Shown here: piece by piece, positions 47,323-60,537 of the stretch | Layout: the number at the start of each line of letters is the position of its first letter | Numbering within the stretch: the first letter of the stretch is position 1 | NCBI GenBank assembly: GCA_040954595.2 | Contig: CM082579.2 | Coordinates: 16,340,856 to 16,404,855, forward strand | Origin: Balanoglossus misakiensis | Taxonomy: Eukaryota; Animalia; Hemichordata | Length of the DNA stretch: 64,000 nt | Reading direction: 5' to 3' | Made by a program: the position numbers and the translations under genes | Notes under the pieces: generated by a model | Told to the model about the DNA's origin: nothing | Databases searched by the model: none | Seen by the model: only the letters and a program-made list of their open reading frames with translations

Positions 47323-50300
47323 AACTCACTTCTGTCAATAATACAAACTCCTACAAATTCTTTTACAGCTAATTAATAAAATTTATTTATTAAGGATTCA
47401 AAACAATGGAAATCAATTTGAATCATCTTTTTGAAAATATTATTTAAAACTCATTATTTGGGTGCAAATATGATGATTATTCTATATTCCAAGAATAAAT
47501 TAAAAATGACTCATTTATCATTTCAAATTAAAAAAAGGCTTAAAACATTAACTTTGTTTTCGAAAATATAAACACCCCTTGTGGATATATAGAGAATCAA
47601 CATTTACCGACACCCATCTCGCTTGTGTGATATGAGAGTAAAAACTCTTCCAAGAGAGACTTTGTCACACATTGTTTATTTCAAATGAAAATGATTTAAA
47701 AAGCGATTTCAACATAAATACACAATAATTAAATGCTTCAGAACACTTTAAAATCATTCGAAAACTTTAAATACAATACAAAAACGATATTTGGTCCATA
47801 ACGTACGTTTTTGATAAAAATTATTAGATAATGATTTCAAACTCAAAAACAGCCTATATTTTTAGGCTTTGAAATAATTTTCGTCTATAATAATCTTATT
47901 TAATAAGCTAAGTTTTTAATATTTGGAATTATAAACAATTATTATGCAAGAATTCACAAAAATGATTTAGCAAGCAATTCCAATATAAATGTTTTTCGAG
48001 GCATTGAACCGGTTTTCTATCAGTCTTTTTTAAAAGTATTACAAAAAAACATTATTTGGCAAGAAAACTGCTCAATACGACGCTGAAAAACGTTATTTGT
48101 TTCATATTGCATGTTTTAAATAAAAACGATTCAATAAGCATTCTAAATTGAAAACCACTTATTTAGGCAAAAAAAAAACAATGTGGGATCATTATTAAAC
48201 CCCTGAAGCTTTATTTTTTCACAAAAATGTTTAATACCTTATACAATCAATGTCATATTCAAAAGGCGTATGTTTAACGGAAATACCTTATAGAATCAAT
48301 GTCATATTCACAAAGCGTATGTTTAACGGAAATGATTTAACAGGCAATTTCTATATATTTACACCACTATTTAAGCCTTTGGAAAACTGTTAAATCATTC
48401 TAACCTTTCTTTGAACATAACATAAAACCATCCTTTATTCGGGCCCAAAAACTTCATCGTGCACATTTAACTCAAACACAATCTTATTTAGGATTATAAA
48501 CATTCTAAATTCCTTTTAAAATTTTTCTCTCGATTTAAGGCTTTTAAACACTTTATAATCATTCAAAAACTTTCATTGAAAGTATTACTTAAACACAATA
48601 TTTTGGCACGAAAACTTCTGAATACGACATAAAAAACGATGTATGTTCCATATTGCTTTTTTACATTTAAAAAGACAAGAAACATTTCAAAACACTAATT
48701 TAGGCATGTAAACACTGTTAGAACATTTGGTAAAAAAAAACTATTTAATACGGTATAAAATGATGTTATATGCACATTGTATATTTTAAAAATATATGAT
48801 TAAATAAACAATCGATACATAAATACACGCATATTTAAAGCTCTAATACAGTAATATATAATTCTTAAACCTTTCTTTGTATATATGATAAAAAACTAAT
48901 TATTTGGGAATGAAAACCATTTAAAACGATACTAAAACAATGCTTGTTCCATATTTCAGGTTTTATATAAAAATGATCCGTAAAGCATTTTAAAGTTAAA
49001 TACAAACTTATTTAGGCATAAAAAGCACCCTGGTATCATTATTTAACCCGTCTTTGAAATTTGATATAAAACGCATTATTTTTCACTTAAAGGGTTTAAT
49101 TACGGTATAAAATCGTTTTTATTCACATTGTTTACTTCAAATGAAAATGTTTTAACAAGCGATTTCAACATGAATGCAACATGATTAAAGGCTTCAAAAC
49201 ACTTGAAAATCATTCTAAATAATTTCTTTGAATATGCTACAAAATAACCATTAATTTGTGCACAAAAACTTTAAATACAATACTAAAACGATATATGGTC
49301 CATAACGCACTTTTAAATAAAAATTATTAGATAGTGATTTCAAACTCAAAAACACCCAATATTTTAAGGCTTGCGAATTATTTTTATATGAAAATATAAT
49401 TAACTCCAAAAACTGATATAAAATAGATGTTTTGATTTGTATATGTATTGAATAAATCAAATAAGCCAAAATTAAGTTTTTAATATGAAAATGATTTAAT
49501 AAGCAATATAAATGTTTTGCTTATCATTCTAAAGTCTCTTTTGAATGTATTACAAAAAAAACATTATTTGGCAAGAAAACTGCTCAAAACGATATTAAAA
49601 ACGTTATTAGTTTCATATCGCATGTATTAAATAAAAACGATTCAATAAGCATTTTAAATTCAAAACCACTTATTTATGCTAAAAAACAATGTGGGATCAT
49701 TTTTTAAAAACCTTTTTGAAATTTTTTTCTATAACACGCTTTAATTTTTCACAAAAAATGTTTAATACCGTATAGAATCAATGTCATATTCACAAAGCGT
49801 ATGTTTAACGGAAATGATTTAACAAGCAATTTCTATATATTTACACCCCTTTTTAAGCCTTTGGAAAACTGTTAAATCGTTCTAAAACCTTTTTTGAACA
49901 TAACATAAAACCATCCTTTATTTGGGCCCAAAAACTTCATATCGCACATTTAACTCAAACACGGCCTTATTTAGGATTATAAACAATCTAAATTCCTTTT
50001 TAAATTTTTCTCTCGATTAAAGGCTTTTAAACACTTTATATAACTTTTCAATACGACATAAAAAACGATGTTTGTTCCATATTGCTTTTTTATGTCTAAA
50101 AAGACAAGAAACATTTCAAAACACTATTTAAGGCATTTTAACACTGTTAGAACATTTGATAAAAAAAACTATTTAATACACTATAAAATGATATTATATG
50201 CACATTGTATATTTTGAAAAAAATATGATTAAATAAACAATCGATACATAAATACACGCATATTTAAAGCTCTAATACAGTAATATATAATTCTTAAACC

Positions 50301-53300
50301 TTTCTTTGTATAAATGATAAAAAACTAATTATTTGGGAATGAAAACTGTTTAAAACGATACTAAAACAATGCTTGTTCCATATTTCAGGAAATATAAATA
50401 AAAATGATACGTAAAGCATTTTAAAGTTAAATACAAACTTATTTAGGCATAAGCACGCTCAGATCATTATTTAACCCGTTTTTGAAATTTGATATAAAAC
50501 GCATTATTTTTCACTTAAAGGGTTTAATTCGGTATAAAATCGTTTTTATTCACATTGATTACTTCAAATGAAAATGTTTTAACAAGCGATTTTAACATGA
50601 ATGCAACATGATTAAAGGCTTCAGAACAGTTTAAAATCATTCTAAATCATTTTTTTGAATATGCAACAAAACAACCATTAATTTGTGCACAAAAACATTA
50701 AATACAATACTAAAACGATATTCGGTCCATAACGCACTTTTAAATAGAAATTATTAGTTACTGATTTCAAATTCAAAAACACCCAATATTTCTAGGCTTG
50801 CGAATTATATTCATCTGAAAATATATTAAACTCCAAAAACTGATATAAAATAGATGTTTTGATTCGTATATGTATTGAATAAAAATCAAATAAGCCAAAA
50901 TTAAGTTTTTAATTTGAAAATGATTTAATAAGCATTTCCAATATAAATGTTTTGCTTATCATTCTAAAGTCTCTTTTGAATGTAGTACAAAAAAACATTA
51001 TTTGACAAGAAAACTGCTCAATACGATACTAAAAACGCTGTTAGTTTCATATCGCATGTATTAAATAAAAACGATTCAATAAGCATTTTAAATTCAAAAC
51101 CACTTATTTAGGCTAAAAAACAATGTGGGGTCATTATTAAAAACCTTTTTGAAATTTTTTTCTATAACACGCTTTAATTTTTCAAAAAAATGTTTAATAT
51201 CTTATAAAATCAATGTCATATTCACAAAGCGTATGTTTAACGGAAATGATTTAACAAGAAATTTCTATATATTTACATTACTATTTAAGCCTTTGGAAAA
51301 CTGTTAAATCATTCTAAAACCTTTCTTTGAACATAACATAAAACCATCCTTTATTCGGGCCCAAAAACTCAATATCGCACATTTAACTCAAACACAATCT
51401 TATTTAGGATTATAAACATTCTAAATTCCTATTAAAAATTTTCTCTCGATTTAAGGCTTTTAAACACATTATAATCATTCAAAAACTTTCACTGAAAGTA
51501 TTACTTAAACAATATTTTGGCACGAAAACTTTTCAATACGACATAAAAAACGATGTATGTTCCACATTGCTTTTTTATATTTAAAAAGACAAGAAACATT
51601 TCAAAACACTAATTTAGGCATGTAAACACTGTTAGAACATATGGTAAAAAAAAATATTTAATTCGGTATAAAATGATGTTATATGCACATTGTATATTTT
51701 GAAAAAAATATGATTAAATAAACAATCGATACATAAATGCACGCATATTTACAGCTCTAATACAGTAATATGTAATTCTTAAACCTTTCTTTGTATATAT
51801 GATAAAAAACTAATTATTTGGGAATGAAAACTGTTTAAAACGACACTAAAACAATGCTTGTTCCATATCAGGTTTTAAATAAAAATGATCCGTAAAGCAT
51901 TTTAAAGTTAAATACAAACTTATTCAGGCATAAAAAGCACCCTGAGATCTTTATTTAACCCGTCTTTGAAATTTGATATGAAACGCATTATTTTTCACTT
52001 AAAGGGTTTAATATATTAGGAATAAAATCGTTTTTATTCACATTGTTTTCTTCAAATTAAAATGTTTTAACAAGCGATTTCAACATGAATGCAACATGAT
52101 TAAAGGCTTCAGAACACTTTCATTCTAAATCATTTCTTTGAATATGCTACTAAATAACCATTAATTTGTGCACAAAAACTTTAAATGCAATACTAAAACA
52201 ATATTTAGTCCATAACGCACTTTTAAATATAAATTATTAGATACTGATTTCAAATTCAAAAACACCCAATATTTTTAGGCTTGCGAATTATTTTCATCTG
52301 AAAATATAATAAACTCTAAAAACTGATATAAAATAGATGTTTTGATTCGTATATGTATTGAATAAAAATCAAATAAGCCAAAATTAAATTTTTAATATGA
52401 AAATGATTTAATAGGCAATATAAATGTTTTGCTTATCATTCTAAAGTCTCTTCTGAATGTATTACAAAAAAACATTATTTGGCAAGAAAACTGCTCAAAA
52501 CGATACTAAAATCGTTATTAGTTTCTTATCGCATGTATTAAATAAAAACGATTCAATAAGCATTTTAAATTCAAAACCACTTATTCAGGCTAAAAAACAA
52601 TGTGGGATCATTTTTAAAAACCTTTTTGAAATTTTTTTCTATAACACGCTTTAATTTTTCACAAAAAATGTTTGAGACCTTATAGAATCAATGTCATATT
52701 CCAAAGCGTATGTTTAACAGAAATGATTTAACAAGCAATTTTTTTATAATTACACCCCTATTTAAGCCTTTGGAAAACTGTTAAATCATTCTAAACCTTT
52801 CTTTGAACATAACATAAAACCATCCTTTATTCGGGCCAGAAAACTTCTTATCGCACATTTAACTCAAACACAACCTTATTTAGTATTATAAACATTCTAA
52901 ATTCCTTTTAAAATTTTTTTCTCGATTTAAGGCTTTTAAACACTTTATATAACTTTTCAATAGGACATAAAAAACGATGTTTGTTCCATATTGCTTTTTT
53001 ATATCTAAAAAGACAAGAAACATTTCAAAACACTAATTTAGGCATGTAAACAATGTTAGAACATTTGATGAAAAAAAACTATTTAATACGCTATAAAATG
53101 ATGTTATATGCACATTGTATATTTTGAAAAAAATATGATTAAATAAACAATCGATACATAAATACACGCATATTTAAAGCTCTAATACAGTAATATATAA
53201 TTCTTAAACCTTTCTTTGTATAAATGATAAAAAACTAATTATTTGGCAATGAAAACTGTTTAAAAAACGAGACTAAAGCAATGCTTGTTCCATATTTCAG

Positions 53301-54215
53301 GTTTTAAAAAAAAATGATCCGTAAAGCATTTTAAAGTTAATAACAAACTTATTTAGGCATAAAAAGCACCCTCAGATCATTATTTAACCCGTCTTTGAAA
53401 TTTAATATGAAACGCATTATTTTTCACTTAAAGGGTTTAATTCGGTATAAAATCGTTTTTATTCACATTGTTTACTTCAAATGAAAATATTTTAACAAGC
53501 GATTTCAACATGAATGCAACATGATTAAACACCCAATATTTTAAGTCTTGCGAATTATTTTCATCTGAAAATATAATTAACTCCAAAAACTGATATAAAA
53601 TAGATTAAGTTTTTAATATGAAAATGATTTAATAAGCATTTCCAATATAAATGTTTTGCTTATCATTCTAAAGTCTCTTTTGAATGGATTCCAAAAAGAC
53701 ATTTTTTGGCAAGAAAACTGCTCAATACGATACTAAAAACGTTGTTAGTTTCATATCTCATGTATTAAATAAAAACGATTCAATAAGCATTTTAAATCAA
53801 AAACCACTTATTTAGGCTAAAAAACAATGTAGTATCATATTAAAAACCTTTTTGAAATGTTTTTCTATTACACGCTTTACTTTTTCACAAAAAATGTTTA
53901 ATACCTTATAAAATCAATGTCATATTCACAAAGCGTATTTTTAATGGTAGTGATTTAGAAAGCAATTTCTATATAATTACACCCCTATTTAAGGCTTTGA
54001 AAAAGTGTTTAATCATTCTAAAACCTTTCTTTGAACACAATACAAAACCATCCTTTATTAGGGCCCAAAAACTGTTCAAAACGATATTTTTTACATATCA
54101 CACGTTTCAAATAAAAATTAATAGATAGTGATTTCTAACTCAAACACACCCTTATTTAGGCTTTTAAACATTCAAGATTCCTTTTTACAGTTTTCTCTCG
54201 ATTTAAAGCTTTTTA
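47323..54215 (+). repeat. Satellite C: AT-rich tandem repeat, unit about 1.43-1.48 kb, about 4.5 copies
   Basis: The marker aaaaccatcctttatt.gggcc.a.aaac has its ggg at 48441, 49924, 51357, 52833 and 54061. Confidence 0.92.
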
Positions 54216-56085
54216 ATATCGTTTTAGTATTGTATTTGAAGTTTTTGTGCACAAATTGATGGTTATTTTGTAGCATATTCAAAGAAATGATTTAGAATGA
54301 TTTTAAAGTGTTCTGAAGCCTTTTATCATGTTGCATTCATGTTGAAATCGCTTGTTAAAACATTTTCATTTGAAGTAAACAATAAGAATTAAAACGATTT
54401 TATACCGAATTAAACCCTTTAAGTGAAAAATAATGCGTTTCATATCTAATTTCAAAGACGGGTTAAATAATGATCTCAGGGTGCTTTTTATGCCTAAATA
54501 AGTTTGTATTTAACTTTAAAATGCTTTACGGATCATTTTTATTTAAAACCTGAAATATGGAACAAGCATTGTTTTAGTATCGTTTTAAACAGTTTTCATT
54601 CCCAAATAATTAGTCTTTTATCATATATAAAAAGAAAGGTTTAAGAATTATATATTACTGTATAAGAGCTTTAAATATGAATGTATTTATGTATCGATTG
54701 TTTATTTAATCATATTTTTTTCGAAATATAAAATGTGCATATAACATCATTTTATGCCGTATTAAGTGTTCTGAAGCCTTTAATAATGTTGCATTCATGT
54801 TGAAATCGCTTGTTAAAACATTTTCATTTGAAGTAATCAATGTGAATAAAAACGATTTTATACCGAATCGAACCCTTTAAGTGAAAAATAATGCGTTTCA
54901 TATCTAATTTCAAAGACGGGTTAAATAATGATCTCAGGGTGCTTTTTATGCCTAAATAAGTTTGTATTTAACTTTAAAATGCTTTACGGATCATTTTTAT
55001 TGAAAACCTTAAATATGGAACAAGCATTGTTTTAGTATCGTTTTAAACAGTTTTCATTCCCAAATAATTAGTTTTTTATCATATATAAAAAGAAACGTTT
55101 AAGAATTATATATTACTGTATTAGAGCTTTAAATATGCGTGTATTTATGTATCGATTGTTTATTTAATCATATTTTTTTCAAAATATAAAATGTGCATAT
55201 AACATCATTTTATACCGTATTAAATAGTTTTTTTTTTATCTAATGTTCTAACAGTGTTTACATGCCTAAATTAGTGTTTTGAAATGTTTCTTGTCTTTTT
55301 AGATATAAAAAAGCAATATGGAACATACATCGTTTTTTATGTCGTATTGAAAAGTTTTCGTGCTAAAATATTGTGTTTAAGTAATACTTTCAATGAAAGT
55401 TTTTGAATGATTATAAAGTGTAGAATGTTTATAATCCTAAATAAGATTGTGTTTGAGTTAAATGTGCGATATAAAGTTTTTGGGCCCGAATAAAGGATGG
55501 TTTTATGTTATGTTCAAAGAAAGGTTTTATAATCATTAAACAGTTTTCCAAAGGCTTAAATAGGGATGTTAATATATAGAAATTGCTTGTTAAATCATTT
55601 CCGTTAAACATACGCTTTGTGAATATGACATTGATTTTATACGGTATTAAACATTTTTTATGAAAAATTAAAGCGTGTCATAGAAAAAAATTTCAAAAAG
55701 TTTTTAAATAATGACCCCACATTGTTTTATAGCCTAAATAAGAGCTTTAAATATGCGTGTATTTATGTATCGATTGTTTATTTAATCATATTTTTTTCAA
55801 AATAAACAATGTGCATATAACATCATTTTATATCGTATTAAATAGTTTTTTTTATCCAAATGAGGGTGTTTTATTGTATTTTCGAAAAAAAAATGATTTC
55901 AATGTTTTAAGCCTAAAAGTAGGTTGTTTTTGAATTCAAAATGATATATTAATACCTGCAACTTTCAAAAAGATGATTCATGTTAATTTCCATTGTTTTG
56001 AAGCCTAAATAAATACATTTTATGAAATAGCTGGCAGAGAGACTTAGTAGGAGTTTGTATTATTGACAGAAGTGAGTTCTTCCAT
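54216..56085 (-). repeat. Satellite C', inverted copy of satellite C
   Basis: From 54216, atatcgttttagtattgtatttgaagtttttgtgcacaaat is the reverse complement of about 49250-49294. The inverted marker tttttgggcccgaataaaggatgg is at about 55477-55500. Confidence 0.92.
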
Positions 56086-56838
56086 GGTTAGGATCTTTGG
56101 TCATGTATAAAAATTGAGGTTTTGGTTCGTAATAGCGTTTTGGTGTTGTTTAGTTGGGTATGCATTTGGATTTATGCCAATCTTTACGTTAAGTGTTTTT
56201 TGGGTGGTCTTCAAGTATTTGGTTATGATAGGGTTAGGTCAATTTTGATTTGGTTTGGGATGTTAGAGTTATGATAGGTTGGGTGACTTCCAGGATTTAA
56301 ATGTGTGGTGGGTTTTGTGCGGTTTTGGGGATGGAGGTCGGGGTGGTGATAGGGCGGCATGGGAATATGTTGGGTTAAAGTTGGCTGGTTGTGGTGATAG
56401 CTGACAAGGTAGTGAGCCTTAGTTGATATTTGGAGTTTGATCGGTGATTGGTGTTTGAGTAATATTTTTTAAGAGTTCAATTCTGGGATTGACTTCGGGG
56501 TGAGGTTTGAGGTAAGGAATGGATTGGGTCGGTTATAATGGGGTTCCAGTAAGGATTCGCGATGAGTGTGGAATGATGATATATGGGATCAAATCTTTGG
56601 TCGTGTATTTGCTATAATTGGTAGGTTTTGGTTTGTAATAGAGTCCTGATGTTGTATTGTTGGAGTAGCAGTGGTAGAGTTTGGATTTGGATGCCAATCT
56701 TTAAGTCGAGTGTTACAAGTTGGGGTGGGTGTAAGGTGTGGTGTAAGAGATAGAGGCATTATGGGTCTGGTGCGGTTTTGGTGAAGGAGGCCAGGGTGGA
56801 GATGGGAGGGGGGCTAGTGGGAATACATTGGGGTAAAG
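56086..56838 (-). repeat. Satellite B', inverted copy of satellite B (about 1.3 monomers)
   Basis: G/T-rich reverse complement of B, e.g. gggatcaaatctttggtcgtgtatttgcta (about 56585) and ggtgtggtgtaagagatagaggcattatgggtctgg (about 56735-56770). Confidence 0.9.
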
Positions 56839-59800
56839 ACCCTTTGACACATCAACTCTAATCCTTGACCCTTAGATCCCTGATCTCCAACTCTTGAAAT
56901 CTAGCCCTTGACCTTTGACCCTTCAACCCTTGACCCTTGAACTATAACCTTTGACCCTTGAACTCTAATACTTGGTCAGACTGTTGAGCCTTCAACTCTA
57001 ATCCTTGACCCTTGAACCCTTGATCCTTGATCTCAAACTCTTGAACTCTAATCCTTAACCCTTGACCTTTGACCCATCAACTTTTGACCCCTTAACTCAA
57101 ACTTTTTAACCTTTGAACTCTAAACCTTGACCTTTGACTCTTGAACTACAACCTTTGACCCTTGAACTCTATCACTTGACAATTAAACTCTAATACATGG
57201 CAACTGACTCTTGGTCCCTTGACCCTTGAACCTTGACCTCTGACCCTTGACCCTTGAACCTTTGACCTTTGAACTCTAACCCTTGACCCTTGCCCCTTGA
57301 CTCCTTGATATTTAATCTCCAACTTATGAAATCCAACCCTTGACCTTTGACCCTTCAACCCTTGCCCCTTGACCCTAAACTCACACTTTTTGAACTTTGA
57401 ACTCTAACCCATGACCTTTGACCCTTCAAATTTAACTTTTAATCTTGACCTTTGACCCTTGACCCTTGACCCTTTGGCCCTTAATACTTTAATACTTGAC
57501 CCCTTGATCATTGATATCCAACTCTTGAACTATAACCCTTGACCTTTGACCTTCAACCCTTGACCCCTGACCTATAACCAATGACCCTTGAACTCTAATC
57601 ATTGGTCAGACCGTTGAACTTCAACTCTTATCCTTGACCCTCGACCCCTTGATCTTTAATCTCCAACTCATGAAATCAAACCCTTGTCTTTTGACCCTTC
57701 AACCCCAGCCCCTTGACCCTTAACTCAAACATTTTGAATTTTGAACCCTAACCCTTGACCTTTGACCCTTCAAATCTAACTTTTAACCTTGACCTTTGAC
57801 CTTTAACCCTTGAACCTTTGACCCTTGAACTTTAATCCTTGACCCTTGACCCCTTGATACTTGATCTCCAACTCTTGAACTCTACCCCTTTACCTTTGAC
57901 CCTTCAAATCTAACTTATAACATTGGCCTTTGATCCTTGACCATTGACCCTTGACCCTTGACCCATTGACCCTTGAACTTTAATCTTTGACCCTTGACCC
58001 CTTGATCCCTTATCTCCAAATCTTGAACTCTCACCCATTACCTTTGAACCTTTAAATCTAACTTTTAATCTTGACCTTAGACCCTTGACTTTTGACCCTT
58101 GACCCTTGACCCTTTGACCTTTATATTTTAATACTTGACCCTTGACCCCTTGATCCTTGATCTCCAACTCTTGAACTCTACCCCTTTACCTTAGAACCTT
58201 CAACCCTCGAACCCTGACCTATAACCCTTGACCCTTGAACTCTAATCCTTGGTCAATCCTTTGACCCTTCAACTCTAATACTTGACCCTTGACCCTTGAC
58301 CCTTGACCCCTTGATCCTTGATCTCCAACTCATGAAATCCGACCCTTGACCTTTGACTCAAATCTAACTTTTAACATTGACCTTTGACCCTTGCCCCTTG
58401 ACCCTTTGACCCTTGAACTTTAATCCTTGACCCTTGACCCCTTGATCCTTGATCTCCAAATCTTGAACTCTACCCCTTGACCTTTGACCCTTCAAATCTA
58501 ACTTTTAACCGTGACCTTTGACCCTTGACCTTTGACCCTTGACCCTTAGATCCCTGATCTCCAACTCTTGAACTCTAATCCTTGACCCTTGACCCCTTGA
58601 TCCTTGATCTCCAACTCTTGAACTCTAATCCTTAACCATTGACCTTTGACCCATCAACCCTTGACCCCTTAACTCAAATTTTTTAACCTTTGAACTCTAA
58701 CCCTTGACCTTTGACTCTTGAACTACAACCTTTGACCCTTGAACTCTATCACTTGACCATTAAACTCTAATACCTGGCGACTGACTCTTGGTCCCTTGAC
58801 CCTTGAACCTTGACCTCTGACACTTGAACCTTGAACCTTTGACCTTTCAACTCTAACCCTTGACCCTTGCCCCTTGACTCCTTGATTCTTGATCTCCAAC
58901 TTATGAAATCCAACCCTTGACCTTTGACCCTTCAACCCTTGCCCCTTGCCCCTTGACCCTAAACTCAAACTTTTTGAACTTTGAACTCTAACCCATGACC
59001 TTTGACCCTTCAAATCTAACTTTTAATCTTGACCTTTGACCCTTGACTTTTGACCCTTGACCCTTGACCCTTTGGCCCTTAATACTTTAATACTTGACCC
59101 CTTGATCATTGATATCCAACTCTTGAACTATAACCCTTGACCTTTGACCTTCAACCCTTGACCCCTGACCTATAACCAATGACACTTAAACTCTAATCAT
59201 TGGTGGTCAGACCGTTGAACTTCAACTCTTATCCTTGACACTTGACCCCCTTGATCCTTAATATCCAACTTATGAAATGAAACCCTTGACCTTTGACTCT
59301 TCAACCCCTGCCCCTTGACACTTAACTCAAACATTTTGAACTTTGAACACTAACCTTTGACCTTTGACCCTTCAAATCTAACTTTTAACCTTGACCTTTG
59401 ACCTTTGACCCTTGACCCTTTGACCCTTGAACTTTAATCCTTGACTCTTGACCCCCTGATCCTTGATCTCCAACTCTTGAACTCTACCCCTTTACCTTTG
59501 AACCTTCAACCCTCGAACCCTGACCTATAACCCTTGACCCTTGAACTCTAATCCTTGGTCAATCCTTTGACCCTTCAACTCTAAAACTTGACCCTTGACC
59601 CTTGACCCCTTGATCCTTGATCTCCAACTCATGAAATCCAACCCTTGACCTTTAACCCTTCAACCCTCGCCCCTTGACCCTTAACTCATACTTTTTGAAT
59701 TTTGAACGTTAACCCTCTACCTTTGACTCAAATCTAACTTTTAACATTGACCTTTGACCTTTGACCCTTGACCCTGTGACGCTTTAACTTTAATCCTTGA

Positions 59801-60537
59801 CCCTTGACCCCTTGATCCTTGATCTCCAAATCTTGAACTCTACCCCTTGACCTTTGACCCTTCAAATCTAACTTTTAACCGTGACCTTTGACACTTGACC
59901 TTTGACCCTTGACCCTTAGATCCCTGATGTCCAACTCTTGAACTCTAACCCTTGACCTTTGACCCTTCAACCCTTGACCCTTGAACTATAACCTTTGACC
60001 CTTGAACTCTAAAACTTGGTCAGACTGTTGAGCCTTCAACTCTCATCCTTGACCCTTGACCCCTTGATCCTTGATCTCCAACTCTTGAACTCTAATCCTT
60101 AACCCTTGACCTTTGACCAATCAACCCTTGACCCCTTAACTCAAACTTTTTAACCTTTGAACTCTAACCCTTGACCTTGACTCTTGAACTACAACCTTTG
60201 ACCCTTGAACTCTATCACTTGACCATTAAACTCTAATACATGGCGACTGACTCTTGGTCCCTTGACCCTTGAACCTTGACCTCTGACACTTGAACCATGA
60301 ACCTTTGACCTTTCAACTCTAACCCTTGACCATTGCCCCTTGACTCCTTGATTCTTGATCTCATACTTATGAAATCCAACCCTTGACCTTTGACCCTTCA
60401 ACCCTTGCCCCTTGACCCTAAACTCAAACTTTTTGAACTTTGAACTCTAACCCATGACCTTTGACCCTTCAAATCTAAATTTTAATGTTGACCTTCGACC
60501 CTTGACTTTTGACCCTTGACCCTTTGACCATTATACT
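56839..60537 (-). repeat. Satellite A', inverted (C-rich on +) copy of satellite A with higher-order units of about 1.5 kb
   Basis: Continuous variants of ttgaactctaacccttgacctttgaccc. Matching spurious minus-strand ORFs end at 57146, 58723 and 60189 (spacing 1577 and 1466). Confidence 0.95.

Noticed and set aside
43974-47372. Pro/Thr/His-rich mucin- or extensin-like ORFs
   Set aside because: They result from the C/A-rich, stop-poor composition of satellite B, and frames are not conserved among monomers.
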